This document shows, piece after piece, positions 47,708 to 57,100 of a stretch of 64,000 nt of DNA. The translations under genes were made by a program, and so were the position numbers. Below the pieces are notes generated by a model. It saw only the letters and a list, made by a program, of their open reading frames with translations. It made no database searches and was not told the DNA's origin. The stretch covers positions 70,615-134,614 of the forward strand of contig DAOUHA010000012.1 of assembly GCA_034429015.1 (NCBI GenBank). Direction: 5' to 3'. Every line of letters begins with the position of its first letter. The stretch's first letter is position 1. The stretch is from Longilinea sp. GTDB lineage: Bacteria; Chloroflexota; Anaerolineae; Anaerolineales; Anaerolineaceae.

Positions 47708-48484
47708 ATGATGACTCAACCCCGTATTGTTGCCATTATCCAGGCTCGAATGAGCTCAACCCGTCTGCCCGGGAAAGTCCTCAAAGATATCGCCGGTCAA
47801 CCCATGCTGGTATGGGTGGTGGAACGCACCCGCCTTGCTAAAACAGTGGACGAAGTTGTTGTGGCTACCACCGTCGAGCCTTCCGATGACCCCATTGTTG
47901 AATTATGCAATGAACGGGGTTTTCCTTGTCAGCGTGGCAGCCTGGCGGATGTGCTGGATCGCTATTACCAGGCAGCCCGGCAATTCCAGGCGGATGTCAT
48001 TGTCCGCGTTACTGCGGATTGTCCGTTAATCGATCCGGGTGAAATTGACCACGTTGTGAACGAGTTCATCATAAACCAGGTGGATTTTGCCGCCAACCGT
48101 TTTCCCCCGCCATTGGGGCGCACTTATCCCATTGGATTGGATGTGGAGGTGTGTTCGTTTAACGCATTAAAACGCGCCTGGCAGGAAGCCACCCATGGAT
48201 TTGAGCGGGAACACGTGATGCCATATCTATACACGGTTCCCGGCAGGTATAAAGTCCTGCGGGTTGATCACACCCCCGATTATGGCGACCTGCGCTGGAC
48301 GGTGGACACACCCGCTGATCTGGAGCTTGTCCGCACCATCGCGGATCGTTTTCACGGCAGGCAGGATTTCAGCTGGTACGAAGTACTGGCGCTGTTTGAA
48401 CAGGAACCGGAACTGGCAAAGATCAACACCGGTGTTGAACAAAAAATATTAACCGATACTGAACAACAGGATAATCATTTATGA
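47708..48484 (+). CDS. SpsF-type cytidylyltransferase (CTP_transf_3 family; CMP-ulosonic acid synthetase candidate)
   Basis: IVAIIQARMSSTRLPGKVLKDIAGQPML matches the SpsF/PseF-like N-terminus (IQARMGSTRLPGKVL). Confidence 0.8.
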   Translation: MMTQPRIVAIIQARMSSTRLPGKVLKDIAGQPMLVWVVERTRLAKTVDEVVVATTVEPSDDPIVELCNERGFPCQRGSLADVLDRYYQAARQFQADVIVRVTADCPLIDPGEIDHVVNEFIINQVDFAANRFPPPLGRTYPIGLDVEVCSFNALKRAWQEATHGFEREHVMPYLYTVPGRYKVLRVDHTPDYGDLRWTVDTPADLELVRTIADRFHGRQDFSWYEVLALFEQEPELAKINTGVEQKILTDTEQQDNHL

Positions 48485-49389
48485 CCAACCCGCAATCGAC
48501 CGATGCAGCCCGATCCATCCGCTCCTGTCCATTATGCGGCAGCGGACGGAACCGCTTTTTTGAGCACCTGGAACACCCCACAATGACCATGGATTACCGA
48601 ATTTGTCAGGATTGTGGATTCGTCTTTCAATCCTACATCTGGCAGGATTCCGAGTTGGTGGAATATTATTCCTCCCAGTATCGCGTTCAAATGGAACAGA
48701 GTGATTCCCCCACTGAACGGGTTCGGGCAATTGAAAATGCACGCGCCCGCCTGTTGACTCGGAAACTGATAGCCAGCGGGGTTGTTCCCCACCGTCACCT
48801 GGATATCGGCTGTTCCACCGGGGCATTCCTGTTGGAATGCAATCGAAAGTTTGGCTGCCTGGGCACCGGTGTGGAACCCGGCAACAGCTACCGCAGTTTT
48901 GCCCAGGAACGCGGGTTGGAAGTTTTACCATCCCTGGAGGAACTGGTCGTCGCCCCGGAGGACCGGTATGACCTGGTCAGTTTGATTCACGTAATGGAAC
49001 ACCTGCCCGACCCTGTTGGCACCCTGACTGACCTGCGCGAAACGACTCTTGCCCCGGATGGTTTGCTGCTGGTGGAAGTACCCAATCTATATGCTCATGA
49101 CAGCCTGGAACCGGCACATATCTCCGCCTTCAGCCCTCACACGCTTGAACAGGCGTTGAAGAAAGCCGGTTATTATATTCATCAGTTATGGCTGCATGGT
49201 CAACCCCGCTCGAATGTCCTGCAACTGTATATCACTGCCCTGGCGAAACCATCCCGTAAAACCATTACCCATATCCTGCCGGAGGAACTGGTCGTCTTTC
49301 GCCGCAAGATCAGCCTGATTCAACGCAGGGTGCTGCAAAAGCTGATGCCCGGGCAGACCTGGCTTCCTTATCCTCCTTTGGAGGAATGA
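48481..49389 (+). CDS. Class I SAM-dependent methyltransferase with an N-terminal Cys4 zinc-ribbon
   Basis: CPLCGS...CQDCGF followed by LDIGCSTGAF motif I. ATGA overlap with the preceding gene. Confidence 0.8.
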   Translation: MTNPQSTDAARSIRSCPLCGSGRNRFFEHLEHPTMTMDYRICQDCGFVFQSYIWQDSELVEYYSSQYRVQMEQSDSPTERVRAIENARARLLTRKLIASGVVPHRHLDIGCSTGAFLLECNRKFGCLGTGVEPGNSYRSFAQERGLEVLPSLEELVVAPEDRYDLVSLIHVMEHLPDPVGTLTDLRETTLAPDGLLLVEVPNLYAHDSLEPAHISAFSPHTLEQALKKAGYYIHQLWLHGQPRSNVLQLYITALAKPSRKTITHILPEELVVFRRKISLIQRRVLQKLMPGQTWLPYPPLEE

Positions 49390-49393
49390 CTTT

Positions 49394-50323
49394 ATGCCAT
49401 TTTTAACCATTTTTACCACCCCAAAACCTTTTACTGATCCCCATATCAACATCATTCAACGTAATGCCATCCAATCCTGGGTGGAACTGGGTGACGAGGT
49501 GGAAGTATTGATCATCGGCGAAGAAGAAGGCTCCGCCAGCGCTGCCCGGGATTTAGGTGTAAAAGTCCTGTCAGATGTACGCCGTAATTCTCAAGGAACA
49601 CCGATGATCCCATCCATCTTCGAGCTGGCACGCCAAAACAATGGCAGCCCCTTCATGGCATACCTGAACACCGACATCCTTGTTCTACCGGATTTTTTAC
49701 AAGCTGCAAAAAATGTATCCAGCCAATTGGATCGATTCCTCATGGTCGGACAACGTTGGGATCTGGATGTGCGCACTCCGCTTCATTTCACTCCAGGCTG
49801 GCAAACCCGCTTGCAGGAGTGGACATTCCGTGAAGGGAAAATGCATCCCCCCGCCGGGAGTGACTATTTCATCTACCCCCGGGAATGTTTCACCTCCATC
49901 CCGGAACTGGCTGTGGGTCGTGCCGGCTGGGATAACTGGATGCTTTATGAAGCCCGCCAGCGCGGCTGGAAGCTGGTTGATTCTTCCATGGACATTTTGT
50001 TGATTCATCAGAACCATGATTACCGTCACCTGCCAGGTGGTCAGCCGCATTACAAGCTGCCCGAAACTTTCGAAAATGTACGCCAAATGGGCGGGCGGCA
50101 AACTATCTTTACATTGTATGATTGCAACCGTCGCCTGACGGAAGGCAGGATTCAAAAATTTCCTTGTTCATGGCGGAAATTCTGGCGGGAGGTGGAAATT
50201 TTCCCCCAGGTGAAACTGCATTCCCGCTTTTTGGGAAGGATCAGTTATGCTGTTTTTCATCCCATCAGAGCATTTGGAAAAGCACGCACCCGCTTCCATG
50301 GCTGGCGGGTGCATAATAAATAA
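49394..50323 (+). CDS. Conserved hypothetical protein, possible GT-A-like glycosyltransferase
   Basis: 309 aa. N-terminal FLTIFTTPKPF beta-strand-like start and a YLNTDILVLPDF (DxD-like) segment. Context is the glycan locus. No family recognised. Confidence 0.3.
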   Translation: MPFLTIFTTPKPFTDPHINIIQRNAIQSWVELGDEVEVLIIGEEEGSASAARDLGVKVLSDVRRNSQGTPMIPSIFELARQNNGSPFMAYLNTDILVLPDFLQAAKNVSSQLDRFLMVGQRWDLDVRTPLHFTPGWQTRLQEWTFREGKMHPPAGSDYFIYPRECFTSIPELAVGRAGWDNWMLYEARQRGWKLVDSSMDILLIHQNHDYRHLPGGQPHYKLPETFENVRQMGGRQTIFTLYDCNRRLTEGRIQKFPCSWRKFWREVEIFPQVKLHSRFLGRISYAVFHPIRAFGKARTRFHGWRVHNK

Positions 50324-50352
50324 TTAAACCATCAATTATTCAGGAGCCAATC

Positions 50353-51288
50353 ATGCGTGTTGGTCAAAATCCCGCCAAATATCTTAAAAAAGTTGCCTTA
50401 CCGGCTCCGGTTACTGTAGCTGTATTGAATTATATTCCGTTTATTGGGGGCTTTTATCAGCAGGTCCCGGATGTATTGAGGACCTGCATTAACAGCATTC
50501 GTGAAGCAACCAAACAGCCGTTTGACCTGATGATCTTTGACAATGGAAGCTGCCCGGAAGTCCGGCAGATGTTGATGGAGGATTTTGACCAGGGGATTAT
50601 TCAATATTTAATCCTTTCAGATAAAAACCTGGGCAAGGGTGGTGCCTGGAATATCATCTTTGGCGGAGCGCCCGGTGAAATCATTGCCTACACGGATAAT
50701 GATGTGCTCTATTCCAAGGGCTGGCTTCGACGTTCACTTGAATTGCTGGATACCTACCCCAATGTGGGCATGGTCACCGCCCGTCCCATCCGCACCGATC
50801 CCTCCTGGAACACACACACCGTGGAATGGGCTGAAGCCAATCCGGATGTGACCATGGAGCACGGTCAACTGGTGCCCCGGGAAATATTATTGGAATTTGA
50901 CCGCAGCCTGGGCAAGGAAGCAGGCTTTGAGGATTTTTACAACTCCACCAGCGATACCCGCCTCGCATTCCGGGGAATCCAGGCATATGTGGGGGCTTCC
51001 CACTGGCAGTTTATTGCACGGAAGGATATCTTGACTCAATTCCTTCCCTTCCAGATGGACCGCCCCATGCAGCAGGTCAGCCGGTTGGATTTGCGTATGA
51101 ATGATGCAGGATTTTTGCGTTTGATGGTGCCGGATCCCCTGGTCGCCAACATGAGCAATACCCTGCCCGGAACAACCAGTCCGACCATCTACAAATCAGG
51201 ACGGCACAACGCCCTGCTTGAATTCCCCCCGGTAAAAAAATTATTGATGGGATTGTATAATCGGATATTCCATTGGTATTTTCAATAG
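50353..51288 (+). CDS. Glycosyltransferase family 2
   Basis: VTVAVLNY, FDNGS and YTDNDVLY (DxD) motifs. Confidence 0.75.
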   Translation: MRVGQNPAKYLKKVALPAPVTVAVLNYIPFIGGFYQQVPDVLRTCINSIREATKQPFDLMIFDNGSCPEVRQMLMEDFDQGIIQYLILSDKNLGKGGAWNIIFGGAPGEIIAYTDNDVLYSKGWLRRSLELLDTYPNVGMVTARPIRTDPSWNTHTVEWAEANPDVTMEHGQLVPREILLEFDRSLGKEAGFEDFYNSTSDTRLAFRGIQAYVGASHWQFIARKDILTQFLPFQMDRPMQQVSRLDLRMNDAGFLRLMVPDPLVANMSNTLPGTTSPTIYKSGRHNALLEFPPVKKLLMGLYNRIFHWYFQ

Positions 51289-51369
51289 TGATTATCATTA
51301 GGTACTGGAAACCCTGTCAAATAATTAATGAAACACTGATTAGAGATTCATATCCCGCACCTGCGAGGC

Positions 51370-51397
51370 TTGACTCTCCGAATGAAAATGGTAAGAT
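51370..51397 (+). promoter_or_regulatory. Candidate extended -10 promoter upstream of the TPR/A2M genes
   Basis: TTGACT (51370-51375), a 16-nt spacer ending in TGG, then TAAGAT (51392-51397). ATG 51404 lies 6 nt after the -10 element. Confidence 0.45.
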
Positions 51398-51403
51398 GAA
51401 AAT

Positions 51404-52660
51404 ATGTATTTAAAAGGAAGCAAATGGAGCATGAACAGGCGCAGAAAACCGTTCAACCCATGGCGGATTCTGCTTCTGTTGATTCTTATCGGTGCGGCTC
51501 TGTATGTCAACCAGGTGGTCGTTCCTGCCACTCCACCGCTTTTCATCCCCACCCCCACCCCCACACTTCCTCCTGAACATTACATCAACCTGGCGCGCGG
51601 GCTTGCGGATGAAGGCAAGCTGGCTCAGTCCATCCAGGCGTATCAGGATGCCATTAAAATCTCACCCCGTGATCCTGGTTTATTTGTGGAACTGGCGCGT
51701 TTACAAATTTACACTTCTCAATATGACGCAGCCATCCAGTCAGCAAGTGATGCATTGGTATTGAATCCAAAAAATGCCACCGCACTGGCGCTACGTGGGT
51801 GGGCATTGGGACTGACTGGAAATTACCTGGAAGCCATTAATGCACTCAAGCAGGCGGAGCTGCTGGAACCGAACAACGCGATCCCCTACGCCTACCATGC
51901 GGAAATTCTGGGGCTTCAACAACAAAGTGAGCAGGGTGGTCTTGGAACCCTGGAGGAAGCCATTGAACTTTCCAAAAAAGCCCAATCCCTGGGACCCAAT
52001 TTGCTTGAAACCTACCGTGCCCGCGGCTATATATTGGAAATCACCCAAAATAATAATGAAGCCATCGTCGAATATGAAGCTGCGGTTGCCCTCAATCCAA
52101 ATATCGCTGATTTGCACATGGCATTGGGGCGGAACTATAGGGCTGTGGAATTGTATGACAAGGCTTACGAGGAATTCAACAAAGCCATTCCCCTCGATCC
52201 CACGAATCCCCTCCCAAAACTGTACCTGGCACGCACCTATGAAACAGTCGGCGAATATGCCCGTGCCATTCAATACGCAGAAATGGCAATCAAGGATGAT
52301 CCTTCGGATCCTTATCTGCATGGCACGATTGGGGTTTTGTACAGGCGCAACCGGGACATCCCCAGAGCCATTCAATCCCTGCGGCTGGCAGTCCGGGGTG
52401 GAACAACAGAGGATGGGGCGGTTGTGAAAGGATTACCGCTGGATTATGGACGAATTGCCCAATTTTATTACACCTATGGTCTGGCTCTTGCGGAAGGCAA
52501 GGAATGCCCGGAAGCACTGCAAATATCCCAGGCATTGTTGCAAAATGTGAGCGCGGATGATTATGCCGTCTATAATGCCCAGGAAATCATAAATATCTGT
52601 GCCATTCAATCCGGGATTATTACCGCCACACCGGAAGCCAGGGAATCACCCGAACCTTGA
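51404..52660 (+). CDS. Membrane-anchored TPR-repeat protein
   Basis: Basic N-terminus, one TM helix, a TPTPTPT linker, then TPR repeats. The start could be ATG 51431 (MNRRRKP). Confidence 0.8.
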   Translation: MYLKGSKWSMNRRRKPFNPWRILLLLILIGAALYVNQVVVPATPPLFIPTPTPTLPPEHYINLARGLADEGKLAQSIQAYQDAIKISPRDPGLFVELARLQIYTSQYDAAIQSASDALVLNPKNATALALRGWALGLTGNYLEAINALKQAELLEPNNAIPYAYHAEILGLQQQSEQGGLGTLEEAIELSKKAQSLGPNLLETYRARGYILEITQNNNEAIVEYEAAVALNPNIADLHMALGRNYRAVELYDKAYEEFNKAIPLDPTNPLPKLYLARTYETVGEYARAIQYAEMAIKDDPSDPYLHGTIGVLYRRNRDIPRAIQSLRLAVRGGTTEDGAVVKGLPLDYGRIAQFYYTYGLALAEGKECPEALQISQALLQNVSADDYAVYNAQEIINICAIQSGIITATPEARESPEP

Positions 52661-52671
52661 GGATAGTCTGA

Positions 52672-54018
52672 ATGTATGTTCGGCGTGACCCCAACCGGAA
52701 TATCTTTCGCCGGGCGCCAACCCGTTCCCGCCCGGTTGTAATTTTAATCCTGTTGGCGATTTTACTGCCCAGCTTGTTTTATTTGCGCGGCATGAACGAA
52801 AAAATCGCCGAAGGCGAACAGGTATCTCCGTTCTCCCCCACACCCACACCCACCCGCACCCTGGATTCCTATGCCCGGGAAGCCAATATGCAATTTGATG
52901 CCGGTAATTTGCAAGGAGCCATTGAGGCATATCAACTTGCGGTTCAAAGAAGCCCGGGCAATGGTAAATTGTGGGCGGAACTGGCTCGCATCCAGGCGTA
53001 TTCATCCAACCTGCTGACTGCCGAGGCTGAGCGTTCCACCCGCATGGATGAAGCCCTGGAATCAGTGAACAAGGCAGTGGAAGCCTCCCCGGATGACACC
53101 ATGACCCACGCAATCCGTGCATTTGTGCTGGATTGGAGGTCTTCCTATGATCAGGATGCGGAAGAGCGTCAGCGCAAACTCAATGAAGCCGAGCAGGAAG
53201 CCATTCGCGCTCTGCAATTGGATGCAACCAATGCCCTGGCACTGGCATATTACGCTGAAATCCTGGTGGACCAGCAAAAATGGGTGCAGGCGGAACAGTA
53301 TGTTCAACGTGCAATCGAACGGGATGATACTCTGATGGATGTCCACCGCATCAGTGGATATGTGCAGGAATCCATTGCGAATTATGCCGGTGCCATCCAG
53401 GAATATGAAAAAGCAGTTGCCATCAACCCGCGGCTGACCTTCCTGTACATTTCCATTGGCGCCAACCTGCGTCAGCTCAAACAAAATGACCGCGCCCTGG
53501 AATATTTCGCCAAGGCGGTCGATATCAACAAACAAATCGGTGTCAAGGATCCGATTCCATATCTTTCCATTGCAAAAACATATTCCCAAATGGGCGAGTT
53601 TTTTATTGCCGCGGCGAATGTTCGCAAGGCGTTGGAATTCAATCCCACCAGTGCTGATATTTATGGGCAGCTTGGGATTGTGTATTTCAAATCCCGCAAT
53701 TATGAGGGTGCCATCCCGGCATTGATGTGTGCCGTTCGGGGGTGTAATGCCGCCACCAGCTGCGAAGTTCGTTTCTGCAATTCAGAAGTCGATCCCCAGA
53801 TTGTCATTGAAGGTCTGCCCCTGACGCCCAACAATGCAGTGTATTATTACACTTACGGCTCCGTCCTGGCTGGAATGCACCGGCAAAGCAATAATTATTG
53901 TGAGGAAGCCATGAAAATCCTGGGGGAAGTGCGCAACGCCTTTGCAGATGATCCCACCATCATCGCCATTATTGAACCCAGTGAGAATATCTGTGAAGGA
54001 TACGGCTACAGCCGCTAA
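52672..54018 (+). CDS. Membrane-anchored TPR-repeat protein (paralogue of the preceding gene)
   Basis: Same architecture: basic N-terminus, TM helix, PTPTPT linker, TPR repeats and a Cys-containing C-terminal part. Confidence 0.8.
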   Translation: MYVRRDPNRNIFRRAPTRSRPVVILILLAILLPSLFYLRGMNEKIAEGEQVSPFSPTPTPTRTLDSYAREANMQFDAGNLQGAIEAYQLAVQRSPGNGKLWAELARIQAYSSNLLTAEAERSTRMDEALESVNKAVEASPDDTMTHAIRAFVLDWRSSYDQDAEERQRKLNEAEQEAIRALQLDATNALALAYYAEILVDQQKWVQAEQYVQRAIERDDTLMDVHRISGYVQESIANYAGAIQEYEKAVAINPRLTFLYISIGANLRQLKQNDRALEYFAKAVDINKQIGVKDPIPYLSIAKTYSQMGEFFIAAANVRKALEFNPTSADIYGQLGIVYFKSRNYEGAIPALMCAVRGCNAATSCEVRFCNSEVDPQIVIEGLPLTPNNAVYYYTYGSVLAGMHRQSNNYCEEAMKILGEVRNAFADDPTIIAIIEPSENICEGYGYSR

Positions 54019-54133
54019 TCCTCCTTACAACTGCATATCATCAAGGATGGAACCATACTCGTAATGGCATCGTCTTTGATTTATAATCCTTATATAGACA
54101 ATTGATCATAAACCGTGTAATCCAAATGAAAGG

Positions 54134-57100
54134 ATGGTTATCATGGTTCCTCCAACCTCCATTTCATCCAGACGCCGGCTATTATTTAATGGGATGGCAG
54201 CGATTGTTGTCGTTTTAATGCTGCTCAGCGCCGCCTGCAGCCTGCCATTCATACGCCCCAAACCGACCTCCACACCTGAAGCCACAACCCCCCATCAGGT
54301 GAAACCCCAAAAAGAAGATCTCCCTCCCATGGTTGTTGAAACCATGCCTCTTCCCAAGAGCGCTCTCCCGGCGGATGGCAGGATCACCCTTTACTTCAAC
54401 CAGAAGATGGACACACGTTCCGTTGAAGCTGCCCTCAAAGTGGTGCCAGCCCTTGGTGGAAAATACAAGTGGTCGGATGATGCCACCCTGGTATTTTCTC
54501 CGGACAAAGCCCTCTCACCTGGAACAGAACTTACCCTCACCCTGGATACTACTGCCAAGGCTGCCAATGGTTTGGCTTTACTCAACCCGGTTATGTTCAC
54601 CTTCCAATCGCCCGCCCCCCTGGAGGCATCAGAAATGCTGCCCAATAATGGTTCGGTGGATGTCTCGGCATCTTCAGCAATCGTGGTTTCATTCAACCAG
54701 CCCGTGGTTGCCCTCGGCGCAGAAGCCGGGGATAATCCCGCAGCCTTTACGGTTGATCCCCCGGTGGAAGGCACGGCGGAATGGTTGAACACCAGCACTT
54801 ATATCCTCCGACCGGATCCGGGTCTGGCTGGAGGTACCACCTATACTGTAACACTCAATCAGGATTTAACCAGCACTGCCGGAACCAGTCTGCAGGACAT
54901 ACCCGCCTGGGTGTTTCGGACAACCCTGCCCAGGATTATCAAGACCCTGCCGACTGAAATGCCGATGGATCTGGATCAATCCATTGAAATTACGTTTAAT
55001 CAGGCTATGGATGCAACCAGTACCGAATCAGCGACTTCAATTAAAAACGAGGCTGAAATTCCTGTTCCCGGATCGTTCGAATGGAATGACGCCGGCAATA
55101 TTCTCACCTGGAAACCATCCGGCTTGCTGGATTATAACGAAAACTATGTTTTGAATATTTCAACCGAAGCCCTGAGTTTCAGTGGGACTCCCTTGGAGAA
55201 TGACCATATCAACCGGTTCCAGACAGTCCCCGCCTTGGGATTGAAATCCATGTATCCAAGAGCTGGAGAGCCCATCCAGGTCTATATGGGTGGATATGGA
55301 TCGGTCTCCCTTGAGTTTACAACCCCGTTGCTGCTGAATCAGGACTGGGAACAGATGGTTACATTTTCTCCACCCATCGAGGATGCCTATTATTATGGTT
55401 ACAACAGGAGCATCTATGTATCTGCGTTTTTCACACCAGATACTGCATACACTCTTATCATATCATCCAATTTAGTGGATAAATGGGGACGCCGGATGGG
55501 CAATCCAATTAGTAAAAATTTACGGACATCTGGACTCACCCCGCAATTAAGCATTCTCCCCATTGATATGGGACCTCACATATTGACCATCATCCCCAGA
55601 GAGACTGCCATTGCAGCCCAAGCCACCAACCTGCCAGGTTTGGATATATCAATGGCAGCTTATAATCCACAAGAAGCAATCATCGGGGAAAACAAAGATT
55701 CATCATTGATGTCTCTGTCACCGGATATGAGCTGGCATCAGGACCTGAACCTTGTACCCAACCGCGACCAGGCAATATCGATTGATCTGCAGCCGGATGG
55801 CAGCAAACTGGATCCGGGATTGTATATTTATCATATTTTTTCATATGATGCCCGGGATTTTTATGGCGACAAGCACTTCATGGCTGTTGTCTCACGGGTG
55901 CAGATGCTGCTTAAAGTATCCCGGGAAACCCTTTTCCTTTGGGCGTTAAATCTACGGGATGACATTCCAGCTGCAGGCGAACCAGTCACGGTTTACGATC
56001 ATGACGGCACCATCCTGGCGGAAGGGGTTACGGATGCGGATGGAATACTCAAAGTGGACCTGCCGCCTGACAGGGAGAATTTTGAATCCATTTATGCGGT
56101 CATGAATGAACCCGGTGATGATTTATTTGGAATGGCGCGTACCGGCATGTCAGTCGGCATACAACCCTGGCAGTTTGGGATGTCCTTCAACTATAGTGAA
56201 AATGAACCCAGTTATTACATGTACACAGACCGTCCGATCTATCGTCCCGGACAAACAGTTTATTTCCGGATAGCCGCTCACAATCAAAGTGAAGGCAGAT
56301 ATTCAATTCCGGATTTATCCCAGGTATCCTTCCAACTTTATTCTCCTTACGATGTTGTCACCGGAACCCATACCCTGATGCAGACGATTGATATGGAACT
56401 CTCGCCATATGGTACCGCATCGGGTGAATTCACCCTGCCTGAGGATGCCGCACCAGGGATTTACTCCCTGGAATCAACCCCAAGCGACGATTATCAATCC
56501 ATTACCTTCCAGGTGGCGGAATATCGCAAGCCGGAGATCGATCTGTCGGTTGAATCTGATGTATCTCAACTGTTGACCGGCGACGATTTGAATATCACCG
56601 CTGATGCCCGGTATTACTTTGGGGCTCCTGCGGGCAGTCTGCCCATCCACTGGGCTGTATATGTAAGAGATGATTATTTTAACATCCCGGGTGGATACCA
56701 GGTTGGAAAAAATGATAACTGGCTGCGCTTCTGCTGGTTTTACTGCACCCAGAGTTGGGGGGGTCCACTGCTTGAGGGGGATGATTATACCGACGCAGAT
56801 GGATTATTCTCCCTCCATGTTGCCGGCTCCGACCTGGCAGGAGTGGTCGATGTTGAAAATAAACAAAAAATCATGGTCGAATTCACCATTACTGATGAAA
56901 GCGGTTTCCCGGTCAGCGCCCGCACAGAAGTAACCCTCCACCCGGATGATTTTTACATCGGCATCCGGTCTGATGCCTGGTCAGGCGCCGCAGAATCAAT
57001 CATGGGATTTGATATTCTGACGGTGAACTGGCAGGGAAAGCCCTGGGGCAATCTTGACCTGGTTGCCACATTTTCCCGGGTTGAGTGGGAGGAAGGCGGC

